Shown: one piece after another, positions 20,143-34,649 of the stretch | Layout: each line of letters starts with the position of its first letter | Numbering within the stretch: position 1 is the stretch's first letter | Virus record (IMG/VR): IMGVR_UViG_3300031555_002578 | Strand: one strand, 5' to 3' | Length of the DNA: 64,000 nucleotides | From: a virus | Taxonomy: Duplodnaviria; Caudoviricetes | Made by a program: the position numbers and the translations under genes | Notes under the pieces: model-generated | Databases searched by the model: none | Told to the model about the DNA's origin: nothing | Seen by the model: the letters and a program-made list of their open reading frames with translations, nothing else

Positions 20143-20838
20143 TCAACACCATTCCTTTAACTTTTGAAATAATTCAATTCCAATATCACACAAATCATAA
20201 GCAGAAGTTTCTCCATATTTTTTAATTACAAACTTACAAGATGTTGCTCTACTATCTAATTCTGTACATACATTAAACAATTCCTCAATTATATGATTAG
20301 GTCTTAATTTAATATATTTTGTAGGTACATAATCTGTTAGCCATACACCATTTTCAGACTGATAGAACTCATATCCATCATCGTACATTTCTTCTGCTTT
20401 AACAGAATAAATACAAGCATCTCCATGTCTTTCTCCCACTGTCATAGCCTGTACAATTCCAGTAGACAAATGAACAAACTGTCTTTCCATTTTCATGATT
20501 CCTTTTTCATTAATAGAATCAATATTTTTAGTTGCAGTTCCATGATATAGAATCATTGGTGGTTTCTGACTTTCAAATCCCATATCTACATCAATAGAAT
20601 GACCTTGATTTGCTCTAATTCTGGTCTTGTCTGCATTAAAGGAATATCTTTTCTTTGCATCTGTATTTACAATTTCTTCCAGAATTTCCATGTCAATGTA
20701 AAATCCATTCTTGTTAACACCTTCAATTAGTTTTTTGACACTCACCCATCCACCTTTTGCCATATTTACATAGGCTTCTTCTGGTTTATGTCTTAAAATA
20801 TAACTTAGATAAATACTCAATTTATCATACTGTCCCAT
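20143..20838 (-). CDS. kptA: RNA 2'-phosphotransferase (KptA/Tpt1)
   Basis: LSYILRH, KKRY, IRANQGHS, LYHGT, M.RQFVHLS, NGVWLT motifs. Confidence 0.95.
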   Translation of the reverse strand: MGQYDKLSIYLSYILRHKPEEAYVNMAKGGWVSVKKLIEGVNKNGFYIDMEILEEIVNTDAKKRYSFNADKTRIRANQGHSIDVDMGFESQKPPMILYHGTATKNIDSINEKGIMKMERQFVHLSTGIVQAMTVGERHGDACIYSVKAEEMYDDGYEFYQSENGVWLTDYVPTKYIKLRPNHIIEELFNVCTELDSRATSCKFVIKKYGETSAYDLCDIGIELFQKLKEWC

Positions 20839-21635
20839 TATTCATCACCTTTAAACCATTTACTAATAAATTCAATCTCTGTATCTGTGTAATTATAATC
20901 TTTCTGGAAAGTTCCTTCATTCCAAAGTTTTTCACTGCTATCTACACCATAACCAAATACACATTCATACTTTTTGCCATTGTATTCCCAAGTAGTAAGT
21001 TGCTTTCCATTATATCTAAGCATGGATTTATCTTTTAGATTTCTTCTATGTTTTTTAATCCATCTGTCTTTCAGCAATCTTGCTTTTCTGATTCCATAGC
21101 GTTCTGTCCACCATTCAAATTCCCAATCTTCAACAGCATTATCTTCAATCAACCATTTAGGCATATACATTTTCTTATCAATATGCTCTACTGTAATAGT
21201 AGGGAATCCATCAAATATCATCGTTTCCTTTGCAAAATTTGTTATCCTATGAATACCAAGATACACTCCCTTACTAATCACAGCAAAAGATTCTTTATAA
21301 AATACAACAAGAAAATTATCATCACCTGCATAAACATAATAATTTCCATCAATGTCATACCATTTATCTGTTTCTGGATAATACGCTTTTTCACATACAT
21401 ATCCAGTATCGGAACACTCCATAAACAGTTCTTCTTTATTTACAATCTTTCCATCTACTCTAAGAATAGCACCATAATCAATCATTGCCATTATCTTTCA
21501 CCTCGTTTAATTTGATTACTAATTTTCAAAGCAATACTTTCCAACTGACTTTTCTGTTTGCCAGTCAAACTAAGTTCCTCATAATGCTTCATAATTTCTT
21601 CCAGAACCATTAAATATAATCCTCTGTCCATTAAA

Positions 21636-22619
21636 TCACACCATTCTTTTCTCTGCAAAACTAATCATTTCATTTAATCCATCAAATTTATCAGTTCCAT
21701 TCTTTGCCATATCCCAAGTCCTACTCAAAATTTCTCTGAAATCTTCTGCTTTAAATCTTACTGTTGGTCTATGGTCAAATTCCATCTTTTTGCCATTTCT
21801 CATTCCAATCATGTAATTAGAATAATCTTCATTATATTTATCAATCTTTCTATCAATCTCACCAATGTAAATCTTAGTGATTTCCTCTGATGAATGACCT
21901 AAAATTGTCTGAATTACTTTTAAATTATCTACATCATCTGGATGAAGTTTATAAAGTGTATTTGCATAAAATTTGCGGAAACTATGAGTACTAATGTCAC
22001 CTCTGATTTTTGTTTCCATCACTGCTTCTTTTAATGCTTTTCTAAGTGCAGCATCACCTGTATCGAATATGTTTCTATTGTAGTTTTCCAATACATTGAT
22101 TCCAAAATGTTCAATATATTCATTTACTACAGACTGTGCCAGTGCATTGATTCTTACACCAAGGATTTTGCCTGTTTTTTCTTCCTTTAATGTATTCATT
22201 CTATTCTTATAACTTCCATTTTTATTAAACAAGTCACTCCATCTTAGAGATAATGTATCCCCTACTCGTCTACCTAAAGAAGTACAAAGCCAACCTGCTA
22301 ACCAATGATGCCAAAAATCTTTTTCTTTAAAGTAATTTAAAACTTTCTCTAAATCTTCATATGATTCAAATTCATCTACTTTTGTTTTTTCATCTTTCTT
22401 CTTTGTAACAGAACGCAATCTTGTAACAACTAAGTTATTTTCTTCATTTGGTTCTGTATCAATCCAAATTTCCCTTTTATAATTTGTAAAACGAATAACA
22501 TCAGAATCATCTGTTTCCATCAGATAATATCCAACACCATTCATATAATTTTCCAATTCAGTATAAGATAAAGGTTCTTTCATTAAATCTGCTCTATATT
22601 TATCAATCAGTTTTCCCAT
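21636..22619 (-). CDS. Tyrosine recombinase/integrase
   Basis: Catalytic set R (GRRVGDTL), K (EEKTGK), HSFRK, LGH, Y (TKIYI). Confidence 0.92.
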   Translation of the reverse strand: MGKLIDKYRADLMKEPLSYTELENYMNGVGYYLMETDDSDVIRFTNYKREIWIDTEPNEENNLVVTRLRSVTKKKDEKTKVDEFESYEDLEKVLNYFKEKDFWHHWLAGWLCTSLGRRVGDTLSLRWSDLFNKNGSYKNRMNTLKEEKTGKILGVRINALAQSVVNEYIEHFGINVLENYNRNIFDTGDAALRKALKEAVMETKIRGDISTHSFRKFYANTLYKLHPDDVDNLKVIQTILGHSSEEITKIYIGEIDRKIDKYNEDYSNYMIGMRNGKKMEFDHRPTVRFKAEDFREILSRTWDMAKNGTDKFDGLNEMISFAEKRMV

Positions 22620-24493
22620 GTGCGTTCACCTACTTTTATCCTTCTATTCGATTTTCAACTAAAAAAGACACCTAATCCAGTGTCTTAATTCCATCCATCT
22701 TTACTCCAGAAAATACTTCCTGTATTATTATATCTCAATTCAATTCCTCTGTCAGAAAAATAACTTTCTAATACTTTATAAAAACTTTCATTTACATTGA
22801 TAATTGAACTTTTAATAAATAAATCGTTAGATGGTACAATTTCACAACTCGGATTCTTTTCTCTTGCGTTAATATGTATTTTAAAACTACAATTCAAATT
22901 CTTTAATGTTTGGTTAAATTCTTCTACCATTGATTCTGTTATCTTCACTTATACCACTTCCAATCAACTTTTTCTATGTGTTTCACAATATTCAGAAATT
23001 GCAATACCACATCTGATTTGTGCATTTGACAGTGCTTGTTTTGCTTTTTTAACATCGTCTTCTAATCTGTATAGGTCATACTTTAACATAAAATAATCTT
23101 CAATATATGTACTACCAAACAAAGAATACATATATTCTAAATATCGTTCCATTGCATCTGCTTTCAAATCATTGCATCTATGCCATTTATGTAATGAATA
23201 ATTGGAAAAAGCAAATTCAAAATTTTTTCCATAAACCTCAATCAACTCTGGTGTTGACAAAATCATTTCTACATCTGATTTATTAAAACATAAATCAACA
23301 ATATGTAAAATCTGTTCCACTGTCAATTTCCTAATATATTTATTCCAAAAGTTTTCTGGTATATCTTTATAGCCACTATATTCCATTTAATCACCTTTTT
23401 CATTTTCCAACTTAGCAATAAATCCTTCTAATGTAGACAACGCAGAAATATAACCAGTATAATAATCTGTATTCGTACTACTTTGATTCTTTTTTAATTT
23501 TCCAATTTCTTTTTTTAATTCCATTGCAAACTTTTTGATTTCTTCATCTACAATAGCAGAAATTGCAAAATCTAAACTCTTATTGTTCTCCATAAATCTT
23601 CCCATTATATATCACTTCCACTCTATACTTATTGATTTGTCTTCTAAAATAATCAATTATATCCTGCTCTGTGCAAAATTCCAAAGGAAATGAGAACCAA
23701 AACCCATTCCATTGATTAGTCGTTCTCTGCATACCATCTACACAATTAACTCTCTTTCGGTATCCATTATCCTTCTCAATAAAATATGCCACATCATATT
23801 TATCCAACTTCATATAATCACTTTCTTTCTAATACTACAGTATTACTTATTATAATTTTTTATCCAATCAATAAAAATCCATTCTCCAAACTCCACTTAG
23901 TAGCCTGTTTCGTATATTCCATCAAATATTTATCCAGTGCAGGATAACCATTCTCAGATTCAATAGCATCAATGTACTTCTCTACACCATCAAAAATATA
24001 CATTACATAATAATCCGCATCTTCTCTATCTTCAAAATTTGTTGTATATATAGTAGGGTCTACTACCGTATTATTTTCATCTAAGATAAAACAATGTCTT
24101 GCAAGTAAATTATGAATTGAAGAAATATAACCATATGCAATTTTCCACTTACCACTTTTCACATTTTCCATGTGATTACATACTGCACGAAATACATTGA
24201 TATAACATTCCTTCATTTGATAAGCATTTTTGTCTTTATTATAAACATATTTACTTGCTTCTGCATTAAGTTTATATTTCTCCATCATAATTATTTCTCC
24301 TTATTTACCCACATTTCAAACATCAGAAGTCCTTTTGTGTCTGTTCTTACTCGTACACATCTAATATTTGTGTATCCACATTTCCTTGCTCTTTCAAATG
24401 CAGTATCAATAACAGTTTCTTTATTCTTTTCTTCTGCATAAAAGGTATCAAACAATCTAAGACCTTCTGCGATAAATCTTTCATATTGTTTCA

Positions 24494-24820
24494 TTAAAAC
24501 ACTTCCTTCCAACCATTCCTACGAATGATTCTTCTCATATTTTCCACACCTACAGGATTCATAGAGTGGATACGGATAGGGTAATTACGACCAGTTTCTT
24601 CTAACCAATCCAGAATACGAATGTAATCTCCCCCATACATATAGTAATCACCAGAATCATGGTCTAAGTCTATCAATTCAATAGGGTCAATATCTTCAAT
24701 ATCTCCAAATTCTTTAATCTCATATTCTCTTAACTGAATTTCTTTTATTACTCTGGAAACACTATGACACCATTTATATCCTTCTGGTGCAGGTCTTTCA
24801 TCATCTACCCAAAGTTTCAT
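24494..24820 (-). CDS. Cyclic-phosphate-processing receiver-domain protein
   Basis: LWVDDERP, IDLDHD, IHSMNPVG motifs. Confidence 0.8.
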   Translation of the reverse strand: MKLWVDDERPAPEGYKWCHSVSRVIKEIQLREYEIKEFGDIEDIDPIELIDLDHDSGDYYMYGGDYIRILDWLEETGRNYPIRIHSMNPVGVENMRRIIRRNGWKEVF

Positions 24821-26433
24821 TATTTCACCTTCTCACACATTTCATCTGCGATTTCCATACAAATTTCTCTTGCTTTATCCCAAGTCATCCATTCAACTTT
24901 CAGTTTTTCATATTCCTTCTCTAATTCTTCTGCTTTTCTACACATTCTTCTGTATTCTGCATAAGAAATAGTTTCTTTTTCATTTGCTAATTTTTCTTGT
25001 AACTGATTAAATTCATGCCAAACTTCATTTCTTCTTTTAGAACATTCTACATAAGCATCAGACATAGCCTGTCTAACTCTTGTATTGTATCTGTTTAAAT
25101 CCATCAAATCACCCACTTGATTAACTTCTTCTTTTAAGCCATTTTACTGTTTCTTTACTAATTTCTCCAAACATTTTATTTGCTTCTTTATTTGGTACAG
25201 ATTTAGAATAATCAACAGACAAAGAAACATCATTTGTAAACACATTATTAAACAGATATACAATATGAAAATTTGTGTATTCATATTTATCTTCAAATGT
25301 TACAAAGAATCCTTTTGCACCATATTCATCAGAATAAATTTCTGTAATATCACTTTCTTTACAGCCAAACCAATCCATAACCTGTTCAATATATCTATCC
25401 ATATTACCCCTCATTTCCTACTATAAAACTATGATTTTATCAGTACCATTATCTCTCTACTTTTCTTACTTCAAAGCAAACACCATTTACAAATCCTCTA
25501 TCCATTTCAAATCTGTCTGGGAAGATAAAACCAATCTCCATATCAATAAAACTTTCTTCTTCTGTTTCATAGATATTTTCACCTTCACCAACGTACAGGA
25601 TTTCAATTTCTTCTTTATCGTGATGGTATGTTTGCACTTTTACATTGCCCTGAATTTCAACACCCTGTTCCAGTAAATCTCTCATTGTAATCATATAATC
25701 ACCTCTTAGAATACAACTGCAACTTTCATTTCCTGTGTATCTACAATAATATCTTTTACATCATTATTGATATATTTGCCTACCATCTTAGAAACCTCAT
25801 TATCTTCCATTTCATGTTCATCCTTTGCAGAATAGAACCATTCTGTACCTGTAAATTCAATATCAAAGAAACCATTACTTGCTTCTCTAACAATATCTCT
25901 ATATTCTTCCCAAGTAAAAACCATTACATTATAAACTGTTTTCAACATATTAAAACTCCTTTATTCTAACTAAATTATACTCCTTAAAAAGATTATCCCA
26001 TATAATTGAGTATGTAAAATCATGAATCCTTTCTACTACTTCTTTACTGTTCTTATTGACTTGAACATCAATATCGTTTTCTGCATACATTAGACTAATA
26101 TCATCAATAGCCATTGTAGTTGCAACTTTCTTCCATTTATTAGGAAGTTCTTCAAATTTCATTCAATCACCACCAAGTAAATCTTTCATTGCATCCATTC
26201 TACATTTTTCCACAAATGCAATTTGTTTTCTCAGTTCATTTATTTCCTCTATACCTTCTGTATCAAATCTATTCAATGTCTTCTTTCTTTCTTCAATTTT
26301 CTTTTCAAGTTTTTCAATAAGAATTTCAAGACAGAGAATTGCTTCATATTTTTCCTCATAATCATCTTCATCAATATCATATGTAGGAATATTATTTTCT
26401 ATTGGTTTAAATGGGATTACTACACCCATGCTA

Positions 26434-26619
26434 TCACTCCTTCATAACTGCAATAATCTTGCTATTGTTTACGAGTCTAAGTTCCACCATATCATTTACA
26501 TATGCTCTCATAAAAGATTCAATTAGCATAGACTGGCTAACATCTTTTTCTTTACATTTTGCTTTGAACACTTCTAATGTTTCAACATCAATAGTTGCAG
26601 AATATGTTTTCTTTGCCAT
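26434..26619 (-). CDS. Ribbon-helix-helix protein
   Basis: KKTYSATID.ETLE.FKAKC...VSQSMLIE.FM pattern. Confidence 0.65.
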   Translation of the reverse strand: MAKKTYSATIDVETLEVFKAKCKEKDVSQSMLIESFMRAYVNDMVELRLVNNSKIIAVMKE

Positions 26620-26631
26620 AATTATCTCTCC

Positions 26632-27051
26632 TTAATCTTTCTTTCTCCAATAGTTGCCGATACATCCATCTGTGCTATCCCATGTATCATATACTTTACA
26701 TTTTACCACAGCAACAATATGATTACCACCAATATTTGCTACATAATTTTCATCATATCTGGCTCTTTCACAAAACTCTTTTCCAGTATACTTTGTGTTG
26801 TTTGCTTTTCTAGGCTGTTTGTGTTTCTCCCAACCTTTAGATTCCAGATATTTCTCTACACACTTTTTGTCTGTGTATTCATATCCTGTTTTAATAGAAA
26901 TCTCAAACATTTCCTTTAACACTTTTTCGTAAGGCTCATTTAATGCTGTGCAAATTGCTCTTACAACACAATCACAAGTAAGTTTACCTTTTGGATTAGC
27001 ATTATAATAATGAAATGTTTTTGTGTCTGGATATTTTTCATGTCTTTTCAT
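26632..27051 (-). CDS. Conserved phage protein (possible papain-like Cys-His-Asp)
   Basis: NANPKG..DCVVRAI..HIVAV..DTWDS. Confidence 0.6.
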   Translation of the reverse strand: MKRHEKYPDTKTFHYYNANPKGKLTCDCVVRAICTALNEPYEKVLKEMFEISIKTGYEYTDKKCVEKYLESKGWEKHKQPRKANNTKYTGKEFCERARYDENYVANIGGNHIVAVVKCKVYDTWDSTDGCIGNYWRKKD

Positions 27052-30000
27052 ATTGTCACTCCTATCGTTTTGTCATATAACACTTCCTTTATCTACTATT
27101 ATTATATCACAAAGCAATAAGTTTGTCAATCACTTTTTATAAGATTTATAATCTTATTTTTACGATATATAGCCACTAGATAATAACCTAGTGGCTATTA
27201 TATTTTATCGTTTATCATATTTACCATTCACCATATTTCTTCCAACCTGTTTATCGGATAGATTATTATTTACTTTATCGTTTAGCATCTTGATACTATC
27301 TGTCTTTGTATAATCATAATTATCAATTCTATGTTCTAAAATACCACTTGCAAATTTATAATAGATAATAAATCCAATAACCAAAAATACAGTTGCGATA
27401 CCTTCCATAACAACACCTCACCTAATCATAATCCAGTTTTCATGTTTGCTTTCTTCAAACAATTCTCTTGCCTTTTCCATAAAAGCCTGTACTCCAATAC
27501 CATAATCTTCCAGTTTCATATTAATGATTTCTTTTACAGTATCAGTATCCATTTTTTTTGTCTGAATAGAAGGACTACGGTTTCCGTCCTCGTTTCTCCA
27601 ACCTACAACTTCCATACCAATTTTCATAACCGATAAACCTTTTCTTCCATACATATTATTCATATCAATATGAACGGATTTACCACGATGTTTAACAACA
27701 AGACTTCCACCAAGTACCTTTCCGTCATGAGCAATGTATGTTTCACCAATTAAAGGTCTATATAAATCGTATGCACCATTCATCATATACATATAAGCAT
27801 AGACTGCACCAACATTAGAAAGCGAACCATCCAACTGTCTATGCTTTTCATATTCTTTCCCGTCCCAACAAACTAAAGGAATATCACCATAGTTACACGC
27901 AACAATATCATGTTTTTCTTCATTCCAACTGGTATAATATTTGTCAAATAGTTCTTCTCTTGTCATTCTCATAATTATTCTCCTTATTCAAAAGTAACTT
28001 CATTTTTCAGAAAGTCTACATAATAATCTGCTTCATTTTCACAACCTTTTACAGAACAGCATCCAGAACCATCTGAAACTCTATCATCAAGAATATTTTT
28101 AAATTTATTAAAACATTCTTGACACATACCACCCCAATAGTCCCCATATTCTTCTGTTTTAGTCCAGTCATCAAATACAATACTCACACCATTATGTGCT
28201 ACGAATTTCATATTTTTTCTCATTTGCCTTTCACTTCCTTCACACAAGCACTTTCATAACCTCTGCCAAATTCACGATAGATTCTATAATGAACATCCAG
28301 TACATTATTTTCTTCCACCTGACCAACAGCCATTGTGCCATCTAAAAAAGTAACTACATACATAAATTTTTTCATATTAACACTTCCTATCAATATATGC
28401 TGTCATTTCTGCCTGAATTGGTGTAACTTCTAATCCATTGGCAAGACCATTCAATCTACATTCCTCAAGGTCTACTACAATATTAAGGTAATAATCATTA
28501 TCTGCTAAAACATTTTCATACAAACTTGCATCAACTTTCATATGAATATGATTTGTATAAAGAAAACACTCACCAAATTCTACATCTTCAATTTTTCTTG
28601 CTGTTTCATACTGTTTATTAATCTTCATTTATTTCACCTCTCAACATCTTTCTGGATACAGTTTACAAAATGCATCAATCATAAATTTTGTGATACCTAC
28701 TGCACGATAAAGTTGATAAAGTTTTTCTTTATCTTCTTCCCAATAAGTTCCATCTAAATCTTCCCACATTACAATACCATCATATAATGTCATTGCCTGT
28801 GCTTCATTAAAACATCCATGTTTAACGCAGTAATCAAGAAAATCACTAAATCCATCATTGATAATAATGTCAATACATTCTGTTTTATCTTCTACTTTTA
28901 ATTTTTGTACTAAGTGCATCACTCTATCAAAACAAGTATATTTACAATCCATAATTTCACCTCAATTTTCATCAATATATTTTTGAATTACTTTTTCTGC
29001 ATCTTTCATAGATACAACTTCTGTAATACTATTACTATCACGAATACCATTTGTTTCAAACAAACATTCTGCAATAATCTGGTTCATATCTTCTCCGTAA
29101 ATTTCTTCTAAAGATTCTGTTGTATAATCATAAAAATAAATCGTACAATCAATATCTTCTTTATCATATGTTTCCAAGTCAATCCAATCTGTGCAAACAA
29201 CATAATTATCGGATTCATCTTCTCTGTTCTCTGCTTTTGGGTCATAACCACAAGTGTCAAACCAAATTGCTTCAACAAACTGATAGTTATTTTCATCTAT
29301 CTTTTTACAATACTGCATATCATCAGTAGCAAACCATCCATTTCTTTCTACTACCATAAATCCACCTCAACTTATAAATACTTTTTCAAAATTCTTTCAA
29401 TCTTATTTGCAAATTCAGCACTTGTTAATGTTGGAGTGCCACACAATACGTTCATAACAATTTCAATTTCTTTCTGCGTAAGTTTTTCATCCATAATTTA
29501 TACCTTTCAAATATCAGTTTTATCAGTATCTTAACTCAACAAAACATCCTGTTTTCTTAGCATAGTTACTAAGATTATCCCAAAACTTTTGACTGTTCAT
29601 TATCCCATTAAATTCTTTGCTTGTAAATGTAACTCCATTTACAACTCCATTGATTATTTTTACAGGTGCAAAACAACTTCCACTACTTGCAAAAAGTTTA
29701 CTCATACAATTCACTCCTTACATACATAGCAAACCTGCGATATGATTACAATGTTCTTCCATTTCATGCACAAGACTATAATGTTCATCTTTATAAATAT
29801 CTGTTTCACAGAAATCCATAAAGTTCATATAACCTGTTTTCTTACAAAGTTTAAAATAATCAATCATCAAATCCATGATATATTTTTTATCTTTATCCAT
29901 TTTTGCCATTGTATCAACTCCTTTATTTCTTTTACATCTTAATTATATCATATATAACTGATACTGTCAATAACTTTTCCTTAATTTTTTAAGATTTTTC

Positions 30001-30658
30001 TTAATTTATTTTCCAAAAAAAATTATACCTTTTCAGTAACCCCTACTGGCATAAGTCTAAGCCAAGTTACGTTTCCTTTAATAAGGTTTTTTACAAAGTC
30101 AATACAAATTCTTTCCGTATCATCACGAATAATATCTACTCCAATACTATTATCATACAGACACCAATCTTTTGTATTAGGACACCTCCATATAGTAAAT
30201 CTATTTTCATAATAACAACTAATAGCATCGTCAATCCATTCCTGTGCAAGTTCGTCAGTTCTTGCATCATCATCACGATACTCCAACATCATATTATTCA
30301 GATTTAGTGTAGCAATTACTTTTCCTTCTTCATTATCATCATCAGTCAAATATCCATCAAAGTACATGATATTATTACTATCCACAAAATCATTTCTAAT
30401 TTCAGACCACTTACTCATTCATTTCACCATCCATTATCATAATTCCAATACTAATTACAATGTGTTCAACATACCCACGAATAGGATAGCCAAACATCTT
30501 ATTAAAACTTTCCACATTATGATTATATTTTCTTACTTCATATTCTGTTTCGCATACACAAGTAGGCACTTTGCCTTTATGTATTCTTTTATATCGTTCC
30601 AATACCTTTTCTGCATAAGTTTCACAATTATTTAATTCCTGCCAAGAAATATCTCTCA

Positions 30659-31018
30659 TTATACTACCTCTTTATAGAAAAATTCTTCATATGTCATACC
30701 AGTATAATTAAGTAACTTATCAATAGTAGTCTTGCTTGGGTTTTGTTCTCCATAAAGAACTTTGTGCAGAGAATTATGATAAAGACCAGTTTCTTTACAC
30801 ATTCTTCTAAGAGAAATCTTGTTTTCCTTCATAAACTTATTTACATTAGGATAAATATAACAAAACTCCCATTTCTTATGCCTTGCTCTTTTAGAAGAAG
30901 ATGGAAACAACGCATGGATTCTCTGTCTGGAAACACCAAATCGTTCTCCTACTTCTTTGTATGTACTACCATTGTCAAGCATTTCTTTCGCAATTCTTTT
31001 CTGTTCATTCGTCAACAT
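30659..31018 (-). CDS. Double-HTH DNA-binding protein
   Basis: STYKEVGERFGVSRQRIH and ISLRRMCKETGL..NPSKTTIDKLL. Confidence 0.75.
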   Translation of the reverse strand: MLTNEQKRIAKEMLDNGSTYKEVGERFGVSRQRIHALFPSSSKRARHKKWEFCYIYPNVNKFMKENKISLRRMCKETGLYHNSLHKVLYGEQNPSKTTIDKLLNYTGMTYEEFFYKEVV

Positions 31019-32998
31019 TTAATCACCCTCTATAACTTTCAGAAACTTCTTCATCTTTATTGTAATAATTAGCCTTGTTTAATTTCTTTTCATATTTAGT
31101 TGTTCTCATAGGAAGAACATAACCATAACCAACGCTAGATTCAATTCTCATTGGAGAAAATTCTCTATCTTCATCAATAGTAATTGTAAAATCATTGCCA
31201 TCATCCAGAATAGAAACAACTTTATCAATTAAACAAATTTTAAATACATGATTTTTGTATAGCAAACGGGGTTCGTCACCTTTTTTATTCATACCATGAT
31301 TCGTGTAACCATAATCTTTTGCCCACTTAAACATTTTTTTAAAGTTTGTTTTAATCTTCTTTGTACCTCTGGAATTAAAAAATGCAATACTTGTTTCAAC
31401 ATTAAACTTTTCTACATCAAAAAATTTGTTTTCGTCACCACTATAATATTCAATTTCACCAATATCTTCTTTTGTCATTACGATTGTATAGCCATCTACA
31501 AAAGCATTGTATTCTCCAATTTTCTTTGGTTTCCTCATTTCTTCTTTGCAACTATAATGCCAATCAAAATATCTTTTCATTCCTGCATATCTGTTTCTCT
31601 TGCTCATTCATCTTCACCCCAGTTACTATACTTAACTGCTTTTTTCTTTTTCTTAGTCCATTTATCAAAATCAACATTGATTTTATATTTTGTGCAAATT
31701 TCACGCATAAGATAAATGCTTTCTTCATCTATATCGGCAGTAGTTAAATTTTTTTCTACATCAATAACTGCACTAATCATCATAGAAGTTTTAAGGCTAA
31801 TATCATAACCAAATAAAGTATTTAACCAAGCATAATCATCTGCTTCATGAAAACTATATCCTTCATCTTTAACCTTTTTATGGAATACAAAGAAATCATC
31901 TTCATATTCAGTAAAATCATCGTCAATACAACCACAGAACCAAAGTCTAATTTCTTCTTTTAACTCTGCTGTTACTGGATACTCACCCATATAAATGTAT
32001 TCTTTCAGTTCAGTTTCACTATAGTCATTAGTATAATCGTATGTTTCACCCATACATGGAATATAAGCAATTCCTTCTCTGTCTACTGCTTTACAAATAA
32101 TATCTCTAATTTCCTCAATAGTAATTTTAGATTCATCCAAAACAATATCAATGCCAAAAGACTTGTATCTTACATCCCTTCTTTTTACTTTTTCTTTGCA
32201 GTTGTCATTAGAAGGACAAATTTCATTTTCTCCACTATAAGTACAACTACCATATTCTCTTAATTCACAATCTTCATTAGTGCAAACAATTCTCATAGAC
32301 ACCCTTCTTTCTTATTACCAAAGATTCTCTCCAAGCACAGAGAAGTTACAACCTCTACTGTTCCCATCAATAGGAATCCATCTTTCAGTTCTTCCACCCA
32401 CACAAAGTACCATATATTCTCTAATATCAGTGGGATGTGCTTTATAACTCATTACTTTGTATTCAACTTTATCCCAACCACAATTAGCCATTACAACTGC
32501 ATCAGAAAGAACATCAATATATTTCTTTTGTTCAAACATTCTACTTGTCCAGTCACTTTCTGGTACTTCATTAAAGTGTTCACGAATTTCAAAATTGTAA
32601 TTGTAATTCTTCATTATCATTCTCCTTTTAAAAGTTCAATCTTTCTATTATCAAACCAATTCTGCTTTACGCAAATTGTAATAAATGTTTCTTCTTTCTT
32701 TTCATCATACATTCTATAGTTTCTAAATGTTTCAATATCTTTTTTACATTTTTCAAGTGTTTCTCTTGTGGCTCTTAATTTAAAGATACCATCATCACCT
32801 ACACTTTCTAAAATCCAAGTAGAAATTAATCCTAGTCTATCTACCGCTTTAAACTCCTGTCCGATATTCATTTATATCTCCTTTCTTATCTTAATTATAT
32901 CACTTATAACTGATATTGTCAACTGTTTTTCCTTAATTTTTTAAGATTTTCCTTAACTTTATTTTCTAAAGATAAGCACTGTCATGGACAATGCTTTC

Positions 32999-33223
32999 TT
33001 ATTCTACTTTATTTCCGTCTGGAAAATAGAATCCAGAACGATATTCACAACCACAAGCCTTTGCAATCTTTTCAAAATCATCGTCAGAAAATTTACCTGT
33101 TTTCATACGCTGATTCCATGCTTGGGGAGTAGTGCCAATTTTCTTTGCTAGTTCAGACTGTGTAAGTCCTGCGATAGCACACGCCATATCAATTTTAAAC
33201 TGAATCCTAATTATAGTATTCAC
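32999..33223 (-). CDS. XRE-family HTH protein
   Basis: LTQSELAKKIGTTPQAWNQRMKTGKF..IAKACGCEY. Confidence 0.8.
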   Translation of the reverse strand: MNTIIRIQFKIDMACAIAGLTQSELAKKIGTTPQAWNQRMKTGKFSDDDFEKIAKACGCEYRSGFYFPDGNKVE

Positions 33224-34649
33224 CCTCTTTCAATAATTTACCTTTATTATAACACTAATTTATTTGTTATACAAGTGATAATTTTCTCTATACCATTCAT
33301 CATTCTGCAATCTTTTATTATGAGTATCCATACTTCTTGTATATTTTTCTGCTTTTTTATACGTTTCTTCTTTAGAAATTAGATAAAAATTTAATCCACT
33401 TGTTCCCCACATATCTGCAACTTCTTTGTTATGACAAATCTTTACTACATTATATGGGATATGTAAGCACCAATCATTATTATAATCAGTACCAATAATG
33501 ACTTTGATACCATATTTATTTACAATCTCTTTTACTTGATGAAAGCCAAGTTCTTCAAATTGCTTCATATATATCACTCGCCTTTATGCCATTTCAAACC
33601 TCTAACATCATAAAGTGGAATCCAATGACTTTCATAAAAATCATATCCTGCACCATCAATGCCAAAGAAATAACCAAACTCATAAGATTCGTAAATTCTA
33701 AACCCACATTCAGCCATCTTATCCAGATTGTTTTCAATCCACCAATCATCACAACTATCGTCAAACTGCCACAGAGTTCCCCACATAGGAAGAAAATCAC
33801 TCTTTCATGGCTATTTCTACCAGTTGTGTTTCTTTTTAAGTGCTTCCCATTCCAACCAATTAATGTCATTTTCTTCTTCGTAAGATGGAAACCAATAATT
33901 CATCTTTTCGTCATAATAAGTTTGTTCATCTTCTTTCCACTCTCTCACATAAATGCAACACTCATTAATCATTATATCCCAAGAATCTATTTGTTCATCT
34001 GTGGGGTGTGGCACTCCGTCTTTATCAACTTCCCAAGTATATTGTTCATCACATATCCACTCTACCAATGTATTAATTGCATCATCTTTGGCATCTTCAA
34101 AATTATCAAATTCATTTACACCATCAGAACATCCAAAATCATAAACCACTTGATATCTCTTATGTGTAATAATTGGTTCTGGTTGCTCATTACCAATAGA
34201 CTGAAGTTCAGCAGCAATTACCCAAACAGGAAAAGGGAAAGTACATTTGTTATCTGCTTTATACCTTTCTAAATCTTCACAAGCATCCTTATAACCATTG
34301 TTACTTAAACAATTACTATCTTTATAGCAATCTAATTTACAACCACAACTATCAAGCAATTGTATAGCCCATTCTCTCAACGTATATTCACAAGGTTTCA
34401 TTTCTTTTACAACCCATGTAATTCCATATTCTCTCCATAGAAATTTTTTCTCACTTCCATTGGATGTATATGTATGAATACTTAACTGTGTATGGGTTTT
34501 ATATCTAAAATCTTCTGTTTTGGTTTTACTTCTGTATATCCTTTCTATTGTCCAAATTTCGTCATCGTGACTACCATATAATTTTCTAATATCTAACCCT
34601 TTCATATCTAAAAACCTCCTTATAGAATCGTCATTTTATTATATCATTT

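Noticed and set aside
21636-22684. Prophage boundary or att site at the recombinase
   Set aside because: Phage-like genes continue in the same orientation on both sides and no att repeat is visible.
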